Shown here in pieces: positions 1 through 11,100 of a DNA stretch of 64,000 nucleotides. The notes below the pieces were generated by a model. It did not search any database. It was not told the DNA's origin and saw only the letters and a list, made by a program, of their open reading frames with translations. Position 1 is the stretch's first letter; each line of letters starts with the position of its first letter. This DNA comes from Convolutriloba macropyga (taxonomy: Eukaryota): positions 5,270,001 to 5,334,000 of the forward strand of contig NC_134476.1 in the NCBI RefSeq assembly GCF_964194025.1. The letters run 5' to 3'. Both the position numbers and the translations under genes were made by a program.

Positions 1-1260
1 CATTAACTGGTGCATTAAGATGTACTGCGCCAAACCAATTCTGCTTTCTGAGAAGTTCGTACTTCTCAGATTTGCGGCAGACTTTTGAACCTTGCGTTAA
101 AACTCAAAAATTTCGAATAATAGCTTTTATTTGCAGTGAAACAGCTGGAGCTTTGTTAGCTATGGATAGATGTAAATATTTGAAATTTGATGCAGTTTTG
201 CCTGTAGCAAAATTAGAGCTTTCTTGATTTGAAAGAAAAAAATCCTGATATTGTGTCGAGTAGCATGGGCAATCTTCGTTACATTTGTGTAAAAATTTAG
301 AGATTGTTTCGAATCTAGACAGACTAGATACATCATCAAAGTTATCTTGAAAAGCAATTTGTGTACAAGTGGGCTTTATGTTTATGACCACTATTGGTTT
401 CGTTGTTTGTTAATGTTTCAAAAAAGTTTTGTTTTTTTTAAACTTTATCGTTCGGGCCTGTGATTGTCCCACGTTGAAAATTCGACAGTGATCATTTGGT
501 TCCCAAATGAATGTCGCTTCAATTGGGTGGTTTGGGGGACAGTACGCCATTTCAATGTTACATTTGCTTCGTGCGTATTTTCAACAAATGTTTTCTGACT
601 GTAAGTCATAAGTAAGTGTGATATTATTTAGTTGTAGCGACTGTCCTAGTAGTTGCATATGATATTCGTAAGTGAGGTTAACACCAGGACAATTTGACCA
701 CTGTTTTTCCGTTGCGTTGGGAAACCAATTTTGGTCTCCAGGCTTATAAACAAAATTCTCTGTTAGAAAGAAAACGTGTGATATATATATCAAGTCAAAA
801 GCTCCATTGTTTTGCTTCAATGTTAGATTGCCAGCTTGGATCATTGAGTAGATCGAGCTGTATTAACTGTGGTTCATAGTAATATTAGTATTCAAGACCA
901 ATCCCCGCAAGTTCTCTACGATTGTCAATTTCTGTTGCAAAGAAAAGTATTTCAATTTGTTAAAAACCAATTGTCATGATCAAACTTATGACCACTTTTA
1001 TTGGCGATTCTGTGGCAAACGCTTTCTTTGTTGCTGCCTTTTGCAAATTGGGCAAATGCACATATCTAAATTGCTCTAATTTGAGAAAATATGGCAACTT
1101 GTGTATGTGGAATTTGGAGGTCTGTGGACTTGAATTCAGATTCACCAAACTTATTGATCTTATAGTGCTGCGTATTTGTGATATGTTATGGAGAGCACTC
1201 ATAGTGTTACGTTTAGATCTGGTATACCAGATTTGGGAGTTGATATCTTCTGTTTATCAA
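1..1260 (-). pseudogene. Decayed envelope glycoprotein relic, homologous to the env of the LTR element at 35110-37033
   Basis: Reading through the stop at 581 gives CNIEMAYCPPNHPIEATFIWEPNDHC, with the same C-x6-C-x11-W-x5-C spacing as CTFSEGGCQSTSTDPHAYTWEKQDSC at ~36215-36290. N-glycosylation sequons (NLT, NAT, NIT). Multiple stops and frameshifts. Runs off the left edge; right boundary approximate. Confidence 0.6.
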
Positions 1261-4200
1261 TAGTTTTTGGTTGTTTTAGATGTAGTGGCAGTGAATAGGA
1301 TAAATCAGTCAATGAAGATTAAATTTTTAGAGTATAAAGTGTCAGATAATTCTGAGTGTGTATTATAAAAGACAGAGTAACCTGCCGTGTTTTAAGTGTA
1401 TAGATCAATTTTATTGTGGTTCTCTTCGCAGACAAATGTGGAAGAGTTAGCTCTTTACTCTAAAGATAAATTGAGCGGCTGCTTCATGATGAAAATTCAG
1501 CTGGTCCTGTTCTACAACAATTTCAGCTGAGAATGTTATTTTAGACTGCCTGATCAAATCATGTGCTCTTTGTCTCTGTACTGGGGTAATTTACCATGAT
1601 TGTTGGTTTTGCGCAATTATATGATTGTTCTCCGTTATTATGATCGCCGAATAGGGCCGGTTGGGGGCAACAAATTTTCGATCAAGATTTAATGTTAGGG
1701 TGGTGTAGGTTCTTGTTCTCTCGTTGTTTGCCAATATACACACTGATGAGAATGCTGGTTAGCGGAAGAGTTCTTGTACACTGGTGTCACACGTGTTGAT
1801 AAGGTGCTCGTACGCAGGCACATGGATTTGAATTTTTAGCTGTATTCACTTGATCGCTTCACTGACATGAAAGGTGGGTGGCACGAGAGTCGTTTCTCGA
1901 AATTGAGAAGGGTGGATTAACGTAAGACGTTCGCTTGGCTGAAATCCGCGTTGGCTGAACAGAATCTTTGACAAGCTAATGGCATAATAAGAAACTAAAT
2001 TTATTACCCATAGACCTTGTACGCAAGCTCGCAAAAACTCAACATTTTCGTGCTGGTTAACTAAAAATTCCTTTATTTAAAACAGTATCAAGTATCAACG
2101 TGATATGGATACCAAATATAATAAGCTGTTTAATGTCATTGTCTGCCTCTGCTACGCGCGAAATCCGGTCACTAGATCTTACCAAACCATTCGGGCAACT
2201 GGCGATTGGTCTGGTTCAAGTCTTTTTCAGAGTCAAGGATTTAGATGCCACGAGGAGTTCTTCTGTTACAGGTTGAGAAATCAGATGAGTAGAAATGGGC
2301 GTGCTTCCGGTGAACACCGAGGACACAAGCGGAGGCGATCAGCGTTATTTGTTGTAGTCGTAAATATTGCTAGAAAGGCTGGTTTCCTGCATTTCAACCA
2401 ACTTTCAATCTATTTCATCATTTTGAAAAAGTCATTTTAAACCGCAGTTTCCTTGTATTACTCGTATTTAAAAGCATGTTTTTTCGTACGTAACTCTAAT
2501 TTCTGAGCTTTTATTTGCACTTTTTTGGAACATTTGATCTCACGTCGCACATTTGGCTCATTTTTAACAGATAGATGCAAACTCCTGGTTAAGATCCATC
2601 TGTTCTGAAGTTGCCGCTGAAAATCGAATCTACCTATCAATTTTAGTTTGTGTTAATGTGCAGAAAAATCAACGAGCATCCACTTTGATTCCCTTTAGCT
2701 TAAATATTTGCATCAGTCTTCTAAGATATTTTACCAGATCATAGCAATAATTTATACTCCAAAGTCCAGTTCAATTTCTTTGCACCCCTCAAACCAGCAG
2801 TCAGCGTTACAAGCATGTTTTCTTTTATTTATGCGGATAAATTTATCCAATGTTTAGTGACGAAACTTTCGTATCAAGTCCCACGGAACGCTGAGACACA
2901 ATCATGGCACGCGAGTCATGAACAAATAACTATTACCAATATCATTAGTTGCATTTTTAAATGATAAAAATCGGGTGGCATGATGGTGCGAAAAAGCGTG
3001 GCGCCGACGATATCAACTTCTGCGCAAATCAATTCAACCAAAAGATCAAAATGAATTAAAGCCTGTATTAATTTGGGCACAGTTTGAAAACAAGAATAAA
3101 GATTTGAAGATGAGTGAATTAGTTATGCACTCTTCACCAAAGGTCAGATTATGGTATAGCAACCTTTTTTGTGTTGGTAACTTTTTTGTTTAATAACGGC
3201 TTGTTATCCGTTATTTTTATATAAAAGATCATAGAAACGAAATATTTTTCTGGTAATATTAATCTGGTATATCTTGCAAAATAAACATTTTTCGGATCTA
3301 TTCTTGTCTCTTGCAAACAATTTTTCCAATTTAGCAAGTCATTATGTACAAAAACAGCACGTGTTTCTGGGACATACAAACTAAATGTCCACCAAGCGCT
3401 GGGGGGGGGGGGGGGGGGTGGTGACGCGGGTGCAAATTAGATCCCAGTTTTCTGGCGAAATTTTTCAAATCATTCGTTCTCGCCTGCAGAGCATCTTAAA
3501 ATATTCTGGATCTATTCTGTTTCCCCCCAGTGTTTTTTATGACCCCAGATACAAATTATATGTTGTTATATAGCACGTTACTATGTAAGAAAATGGCACG
3601 TGTGCTTGAGGGTGATAAAATATTTATACTAACTAAGCTCGGGGGGGGGGGGGGGGCAAAACAATAGATCCAATATTCTGAAACAATATATTTTTGTAGA
3701 TCTAAATAGGGAAATTCACAAGCACAATGTTGATACATTGTTATCTGTTGTAACAAAACGTTTGAGGCCCTGTGTTTACTCGGTCACTCAACCCCACCAC
3801 TCACCCAGCCTCCTCCCCGTTCCCCCCCCCCCCCCCCCCCCTCCCCCGACCATTCCGGAATTTTTATCTTGTAAGATCTTATGACTTACCAACATTTTTA
3901 GCGCTTAAGATCTTAATATTTGTTAAACGGGATCTTTTCTCTTCCGTTTGTGAACCCCCCCCCCCCCCGCAAACAGAAAAACTAGGCCTTACATGGTAAA
4001 AAGTGGGTCCATTTTGGTCCATTTTTATAGAGTAAGATACATATCAGTTACAAGATAAAAACTGAAGTTTTCCGAATTATGATCGGAAAGATCTCAGAAC
4101 AAATTTATCAGAACATTTAAGATCTTATAACAACTCATTAGATAAACAAAAGTATTTCTAAACTTTGTATCTTATTAAGATCTTATGAGCACATCCTATG

Positions 4201-4546
4201 ATGCTTCTGCTTATAAGTTAGTCATAGTGTCATCTTTTAGAATATTCAAATCTTCTCCATTTAAGCTTAGGAGGTCCAAAAATTAAATCAATGTGACATC
4301 TTCACCTCAAAATATACTGTTCTTGAACAATATTTAAATAAAATCATTGATCTATAAAGTTAAATTAAGTTATCAAGTTAAAAAATAAAATTGTTAAGAT
4401 TGTTCCATTGTCGCCATATCCCACAATGTAAGGCCCTTTTGAAACGTAGTATGATAAGTGTAGTGGAATCAAAGAGGTACATTATTCAATTTGATACCTT
4501 TTTAGCGACGGGCACTCATTAAATATAAACCGACTAATGTCAGAAG

Positions 4547-4882
4547 AATTGCTCTTGAACGACAGGCGGGGGAAGACTATTTGCCCAAGCCGGGATTCGA
4601 GCCATTACCCTCCCGGTCCCTAACCAAATGCATTGCCCACTCGGCTTTCAAGCCATTCTTGTTGATATGCTGTAACCGATTTCATATTAGCAACAAGCTT
4701 TACTTCGGAGTGAGAGCACTAGAGATCACTCAAAATGAAGAACGAAAGCGTGAAAAAGTCACTTTCACTTGAGAAGTCAAAGAATGTTCTAGAAAAAAGC
4801 GCAAAATGGTCAAGCAAAAAATTTGCATAAAAAAGACCAACACGTTCGCAATAATTGCTATGAACTGCATTCAAGAGCAATT
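4547..4882. mobile_element. MITE-like element with 13-bp TIRs and a tRNA-like (Pol III box A/B) interior
   Basis: AATTGCTCTTGAA (4547-4559) / TTCAAGAGCAATT (4870-4882). Right-end module is shared with copies near 30100, 52400, 57400 and 58700. Minus strand 4583-4650 has AGCCGAGTGG (A-box-like) and GGCTCGAATCCC (B-box-like). Confidence 0.6.
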
Positions 4883-5152
4883 AATCACTCGATATACGGA
4901 AGACTGCAAAATCAACAAATAAACCTAAATTTTCAAACTTTCCAATTTCTCACCTGTTAACCTTGCTATCTGAAAACACAGTCATTAGGTATAAACTAAA
5001 CTAAGAAATATTTCTGATCAGTCAACGATATCATAGAATTAATAACCCCTTCAATGGACAAGGCTCTATTTTCTCATTCCTGTTACATCAGGCTTAAATT
5101 GTTCATCAGTTATTCAAATCGATTTTACGCCATTATTTAAATCTGTTCTATT

Positions 5153-5214
5153 AGTAGTATAGTCGGTGCAGATGTGGGGGGTAGGTTCGGAGACGCTCCT
5201 GATTGGCTGAAATT
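5153..5214 (+). repeat. Left terminal inverted repeat (62 bp)
   Basis: AGTAGTATAGTCGGTGCAGATGTGGGGGGTAGGTTCGGAGACGCTCCTGATTGGCTGAAATT; 61/62 match to the reverse complement of 23816-23877. Confidence 0.97.
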
Positions 5215-5320
5215 CTACCAATCCCAGTACAAGGTTTTAGAAAATATTATTCTTTAAGTGAACTAATTTTATTATTGATATAATTATTGCGCGCGTGTGT
5301 GTTAATTAAACGAACTTTGT

Positions 5321-5503
5321 TTAAACAAAAGAAATCATATGAGAGTTTCGTGAGTATATTTAATTACTCTGAAGGTGTTAAAATTTTATTTAAAGTAATA
5401 ACAAAAGAGTATGGGTTAAACAAAAGAAATTGAATTAGTGTTCCTCGAGTGGACTTAATTACTCTGAAGGTGTTAAAATTTTATTTAAAGTAATAACAAA
5501 AGA
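5321..5503. repeat. Left subterminal direct repeat, 2 x ~95 bp
   Basis: TTAATTACTCTGAAGGTGTTAAAATTTTATTTAAAGTAATAACAAAAGA occurs at ~5360 and ~5455. Confidence 0.85.
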
Positions 5504-5710
5504 AGGAGTATAATTTCGCTCAGATTATGTTTGAAACAGAAATGGGGTTAGATGAATAAAACAAAGAGTGATATGAAATGTTCGAAACCGAGTAAGCTAG
5601 TTGCAGATGTTTTATGATAGATTGTACGATATTTTTGTTTGGTACGGATAGATTCATTGTGTCACTTTTAAACCCTGAATACAGTTAAACCCAAATTTTA
5701 AATTTGCAAA

Positions 5711-6124
5711 ATGAGAACTTTTCACGAAAGCGTGAACGATTTGGAGGAGTGTCACTGTGAGATCTGTGCACCTTATGGTGTTTGGTTGTGGCTCCCCCTG
5801 TTGGAACGATGGTGGTTCAACCCAGCAGTGGGGAGTGTGCTCCATCCAAGAGTGGATATAGAGGAGGGGACAGTGGTTGAGCGTCGGGAGTCAGCCGCCG
5901 ACCCTCCTCCCAACAACTCACCAGCCACCAGAGACGAAGCTGTTAGCCCTCCACCATCCGACCCACCAACCAGCTCTCCTCAACAACTTCTTCGGATAGT
6001 GGTTCGGGCTTTGGCACCCGTTTCTCAACCGAGAAGAGGTCGCCAAAGGAGAAGCCGCTATCTGAAGAGGAGGCAAGCTCGGACAGTTGCTCGGAGACTA
6101 ATCCGTCAACTGTTCCGAGCGTGA
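5711..6124 (+). CDS. Polinton left-end protein, 137 aa (CxCxxC N-terminus, Pro/Ser linker, Arg-rich C-terminus); function unknown
   Basis: ATG-initiated, GC-rich ORF in AT-rich flanks. AATAAA overlaps the stop (6124-6129). Confidence 0.7.
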   Translation: MRTFHESVNDLEECHCEICAPYGVWLWLPLLERWWFNPAVGSVLHPRVDIEEGTVVERRESAADPPPNNSPATRDEAVSPPPSDPPTSSPQQLLRIVVRALAPVSQPRRGRQRRSRYLKRRQARTVARRLIRQLFRA

Positions 6125-6225
6125 ATAAACTGTATATATGTATATTTTTATATATATATTTTTCATCAGTAATAATTTACGTTATTGATGTCTTTTTATT
6201 TTAGCGAGAGAGAAAGAGATATAGT

Positions 6226-7885
6226 TTAGACATTGAATCTGGAAATGAGTGTTTGAGTTCATATAATACAAGCATGATTCCGGGCTGTTTTTTAAATGAT
6301 TTTGGGGGTAAAAATTGATGAAAAATTGTGCAAAAATTAGACATTGAATCTGGAAATGAGCGTTTGAGTGCATATAATACAAGCATGATTCCGGGGTGTT
6401 TTCTAAGTGATTTTCTGGGTAAAAATTGATGAAAAATCATGTATAAACTAGACATTGAATCTGGAAATGAGTTTTTAACCACATATAATTCAAGCATGAT
6501 TCCGGACTGTTTTTTAAATGATTTTGGGGGTAAAAATTGATGAAAAATTGTGCAAAAATTAGACATTGAATCTGGAAATGAGCGTTTGAGTGTATATAAT
6601 ACAAGCATGATTCCGGGGTGTTTTCTAAGTGATTTTCTGGGTAAAAATTGATGAAAAATCATGTATAAACTAGACATTGAATCTGGAAATGAGCTTTTGA
6701 CTACATATAATTCAAGCATGATTCCGGAGTGTTTTCTAAGTGATTTTCTGGGTAAAAATTGATGAAAAATTGTGCAAAAATTAGACATTGAATCTGAAAA
6801 TGATTATTTGACCACACATAATTCAAGCTTGATTCCGGGGTGTTTTCTAAGTGATTTTCTGGGTAAAAATTGATGAAAAATTGTGCAAAATTTAGACATT
6901 GGATCTGGAAATCAACGTTTGAGTGCATATAACACAAGCATGATTCCGGGGTGTTTTCTGAGTGATTTTCTGGGTAAAAATTGATGAAAAATCATGTATA
7001 AACTAGACATTGAATCTGGAAATGAGCTTTTGACTACATATAATTCAAGCATGATTCCGAGGTGTTTTCTGAGTGATTTTCTGGTTAAAAATTGATGAAA
7101 AATTGTGCAAAAATTAGATATTGTATCTGAAAATGATTAGTTGAGTGCATATAATACAAGCATGATTCTGGGGTGTTTTTTAAATGATTTTTTGGGTAGG
7201 AATTGATGAAAAATCACGTAAAAATTAGATATTGAATCTGGAAATGAGCGTTTGAGTGCATATAATACAAGCATGATTCCGGGGTGTTTTCTAAGTGATT
7301 TTCTGGGTAAAATTGATGAAAAATCATGGAAAAATTAGATATTGAATCTGGAAATGAGCGTTTGCGTGCATATGATACAAGCATGATTCCGGGGTGTTTC
7401 CTAAGTGATTTTCTGGGTAAAAATTGATGAAAAATCATGTATAAACTAGACATTGAATCTGGAAATGAGTTTTTAACCACATATAATTCAAGCATGATTC
7501 CGGACTGTTTTTTAAATGATTTTGGGGGTAAAAATTGATGAAAAATTGTGCAAAAATTAGACATTGAATCTGGAAATGAGTGTTTGAGTTCATATAATAC
7601 AAGCATGATTCCGGGCTGTTTTTTAAATGATTTTGGGGGTAAAAATTGATGAAAAATCATGAAAAAATTGGACACTGAATCTGGAATTGAGCGTTTGACC
7701 ACATATAATTCAACCATGATTCCGGGGTGTTTTCTAAGTGATTTTCTGGGTAAAAATTGATGAAAAATTGTGCAAAAATTAGACATTGAATCTTGAAATG
7801 AGTTTTTGAGTGCATGTAGTACAAGCATGATTGCGGAGTGATTTTGTAAGTAATTTTTGGGGTTAAAAAATGAAAAAAAAAAAGA
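6226..7885. repeat. Tandem array of 15 x 111-bp units inside the Polinton
   Basis: A CATTGAATCT-type anchor recurs at 6231, 6342, 6453, 6564, 6675, 6786, 6897, 7008, 7119, 7230, 7340, 7451, 7562, 7673 and 7784 (one unit is 110 bp). Confidence 0.97.
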
Positions 7886-7889
7886 TTTA

Positions 7890-7967
7890 TAAAAAATTCC
7901 ATAACTGGCAAAGAAACATCTTGAGACTGGCCTCAAGGTGTTTCTTTGCCAGTTATGGAATTTTTTA
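7890..7967. repeat. Palindrome/hairpin, 36-bp stem with 6-nt loop
   Basis: TAAAAAATTCCATAACTGGCAAAGAAACATCTTGAG-ACTGGC-CTCAAGGTGTTTCTTTGCCAGTTATGGAATTTTTTA; one mismatch (T:G). Confidence 0.95.
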
Positions 7968-8132
7968 AATTAACTTCGTTTTACCCAATCTGAGAGAACC
8001 GTTTAATCTTCCGAGCTAGATTGTGCTTAACTAGAGTGCTACGCCTCAGCGTGAACAGTGCACTTGATCTCTGATGACTTAAAAAGAAAACTTCAGAAAT
8101 TATTTTAATTCAAATGTTACGAAAATAAGAAA

Positions 8133-11100
8133 TCAAATATCCAACGGTTCAGTGTGTATTCCATCATCTTTCACTTTTCGTTTGGGGTAGAAGTAAGACA
8201 ATCCATTCTTTTTTAGTTCGTAAGTGCACACTTTACTTTTACCAATGAAACGAAAGCCACGATTTACTGTCTCGATTTCAGTTTGGTGTAGCAGAACATT
8301 CAAATACTTCTCCATTGGGGTATCATTCAACAAAGTGTTTTTGTTTATTCCTTTGCTACTAATCTTTACTTTTCCTGAGGTCTCATCTAAACAACAATAT
8401 GTTTTTGAACACAGAGCCACCATTTCTGTGCAGCGAAACTCTTCTTTGAACAGTCCAGGGGTTCTCTGATCAAAGTGGTTGTGTTCCGGACAGCATTCTC
8501 GAGGGAAAAAGTTGTATTGTCCATCAGCTTCAAAGTCAGGGCGACAATCTGCTAAATGTAGCGAAGTCCACGCATCTTCTCTATCAGATCTGATTATTTC
8601 GGGAATTGTTCTCTCAGAAATAGCTAAATATAGACTGTCAGTGTCGGTCTCGATAAATTCATATTTGGAAGGGTCACAAAAGTTGTCGAAAAATTCATAC
8701 ACAAGTTGTAGCATTGTTAATTTGGCGTATTGGAGAATAAAAAAACCTACAATTATAGGTTCCTTGTGCACAACTTGACATTTCTTCAATTCTACTTCAT
8801 AAATCTGTCTAGGAAGTTCGTTCAATTTCTGAAAGAATCGATTATTGATCAGTTTGTCGACTGCGGTTCCTAGGACGTATTTTGTTCGACTATGACGACT
8901 CCTATCCATAATTTGATACCCGTACGCACTATTGCCAATAAGTTTCATAGTTTCCGCAATCACTGTCGAGTTTTTGTTCTTGTCTCCTTCACGCCGAGCA
9001 GTAACAACCGATTGCACAAAAGAGTTAAAACACTTAACTGGTGTGTACTGTAGAAAGAAGTGAATCTTCTTCAAAATGAGTCCATGTTTTAAATAGAATA
9101 GAAGCAATGGAGTAATGAGAGGTCCGCGCTGTAATTTCATGCTTGAAATTAACATACGTCTTGGTTGGGTCATGATTTTCTTTTCCATTGCAAAATTGAG
9201 CATATGATCACCAACATCATCCAAGGATACGTTACAGTTTTTAAAAATAGGAGGAAACTTTGAGAACTTCTCTTTCAAATGATCCGGTACTTGGACCTCA
9301 CAATCCACTACACCAAAAAAATGTTCCCTCAAAATCTTGTTAACTAATTGATCTTCTCGCATGGAAGTAACATATGGAAAATTTTCGGACATAAATTTTT
9401 TCGCACCATTCCTGTTTTCGCGAACCCATGTCCACCAGGTACAATCCCAAATCTCCTCAATTTGATATCCTAAGTTTCTGATGTAGTCGCGTCGATACTC
9501 AGTCCTTTCACGTCTCTTCAATCCTTTTTCAATATCTTCAAGTAAAAGATTCTTCCGTTCTTGACATGTACAAAAGTGATAAAAGCATCCCATTGCCTCA
9601 AAAACTGTATTGCAGTGCGCACAGTAACCATCAACTGCAAAACGTCCAATTTTTTTCTGCTTAGCACTTGTGAATTGTGTCTGTATTGTACACTCTGGCC
9701 TACTCTTTTGAATGAATTGTAAAACTATCTGTTCGAAATAACTCCGTTTGTCACGTCGAGGGTGAAAAGGTTCGTTTGCTCACAATATTCCCATTTGACG
9801 TATACACCCGACGGCATCTGTTGCGTCATAGCATAAGGGTATAGCTGACTCGCATCAATACCAACAATAGCTCTACACAGGTTGTCAGTGTTCTCCAGAA
9901 AAGTTTCCCCCACTTTGGCATAACGGTTAAAAATAATGCTGGGTCCACCAGTTAACCACTCTCTTATGTAGTCATCATAAAAACTATCTTCCTTTGAAAA
10001 AGGAAAAAACTTAGTTGACGTGGAGTTGTGAAGTATTCGATTTGCTAGACTAGGGAGTGTTAAACCTAGTTTAAGCATGTCAATGTTAATGTTATGATAA
10101 AATGATTTCATCTTTATCATAGCTGTTAATGTTGGTTGTACATCTTTGTTATTGTACCAACGTAGGAAATCAAGAAAAGATGTCATGTTTTGTTCTCTCC
10201 AAATAAATTGTAACTTCTCATAGTTTTCTTCTTTGGTTAGAGGAACTGATGTTAACTTGAGTTTCTTCAAAACCTCATGTTCACTCTTCCCACACCGCAG
10301 TTCTCGTTCAAACTCTCTGAAATCGCTTTCAAGAACATTACAATTCTTCAATTTACTGTAAAAAGAATCGATGGGAGGAAGGTGGTTTAAACTCAACTTA
10401 TCAACATTGTCGAACCACTCATAAGGGAAAAATCCTTGACTCTTCACAACCATAGGCTTTGAGGAATTTGTCAAGACTAGTTGTTCCTCCCAAGAAATTC
10501 AAAATATCAAGAAATTGAATACCAAGACATTTGAAGCCTAGAAATTGATTACATTTCTGGACGACAGAAGGAGTGCACTGATACTCTCGCAAAAGAATAT
10601 CTATCAGGTACTCTTTGATTAGATTTAGATCGTAGCGAGAACTGTTAAAACCAAAAACTGGTAAAGTTTCAACGTAATCTTTTAAATCGTCCCTTAGTTT
10701 GCTCAAAGTTCTTTGTTCATAACGTAATGTTTTCAGTTCATGATCTTCTTCCTCCTCTTCAGCGGTATCTTCAGCTTCAGCCATTGAGTTCAAAAAATTC
10801 GATGTTTCACTTAAATCCTCTCCGTCATTCTCTGATGGAAGACGATTTTTCAAATCTTGATATCGTTTTTCGAGAACGTCAAACTGTGTTCGGAAGAGGT
10901 TACGATAGTGAATTGAACTTTCATTTGATAATCCAACCAGAGTTGTTAAAAACGAGCGTACGAGTTCGAAGGGATCCGAGTTGTACAAGAAAACTGTTTC
11001 CTGTAGAAGGTTGGAAGCTATTGAAACACTAACAGGAACATGGCGACCAATCCATTTCGTTCTCTCAGTGTCACAGAGTTGATCATCTTTAACCGTTATC

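Noticed and set aside
3399-3970. Poly-G/poly-C runs and the Gly/Pro ORFs they create
   Set aside because: Low-complexity tracts also found elsewhere in the window; no coding signal and no clear element boundaries.
4583-4654. Functional tRNA gene
   Set aside because: A and B boxes are degenerate and I cannot form a convincing acceptor stem; treated as tRNA-derived repeat sequence.
6226-7885. CRISPR-like array
   Set aside because: The variable slots are recurring alleles of the same sequence, not unique spacers; eukaryotic context and no cas genes.
6182-7936. ORFs of 37-aa repeats on the minus strand of the 111-bp array
   Set aside because: The main frame is broken by TAA in units 6 and 9 and a 1-bp deletion in unit 10, the second frame has recurrent TGA, and the plus strand has TGATGA in nearly every unit. 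Openness is explained by the unit length being a multiple of 3.
9725-10474. Programmed or mutually compensating frameshifts in pPolB
   Set aside because: The first and third ORFs share a frame but it is closed by a stop at 10419, the conserved motifs lie in the shifted frame, and I see no canonical slippery heptamer at either junction. Simple indels or errors are more likely.
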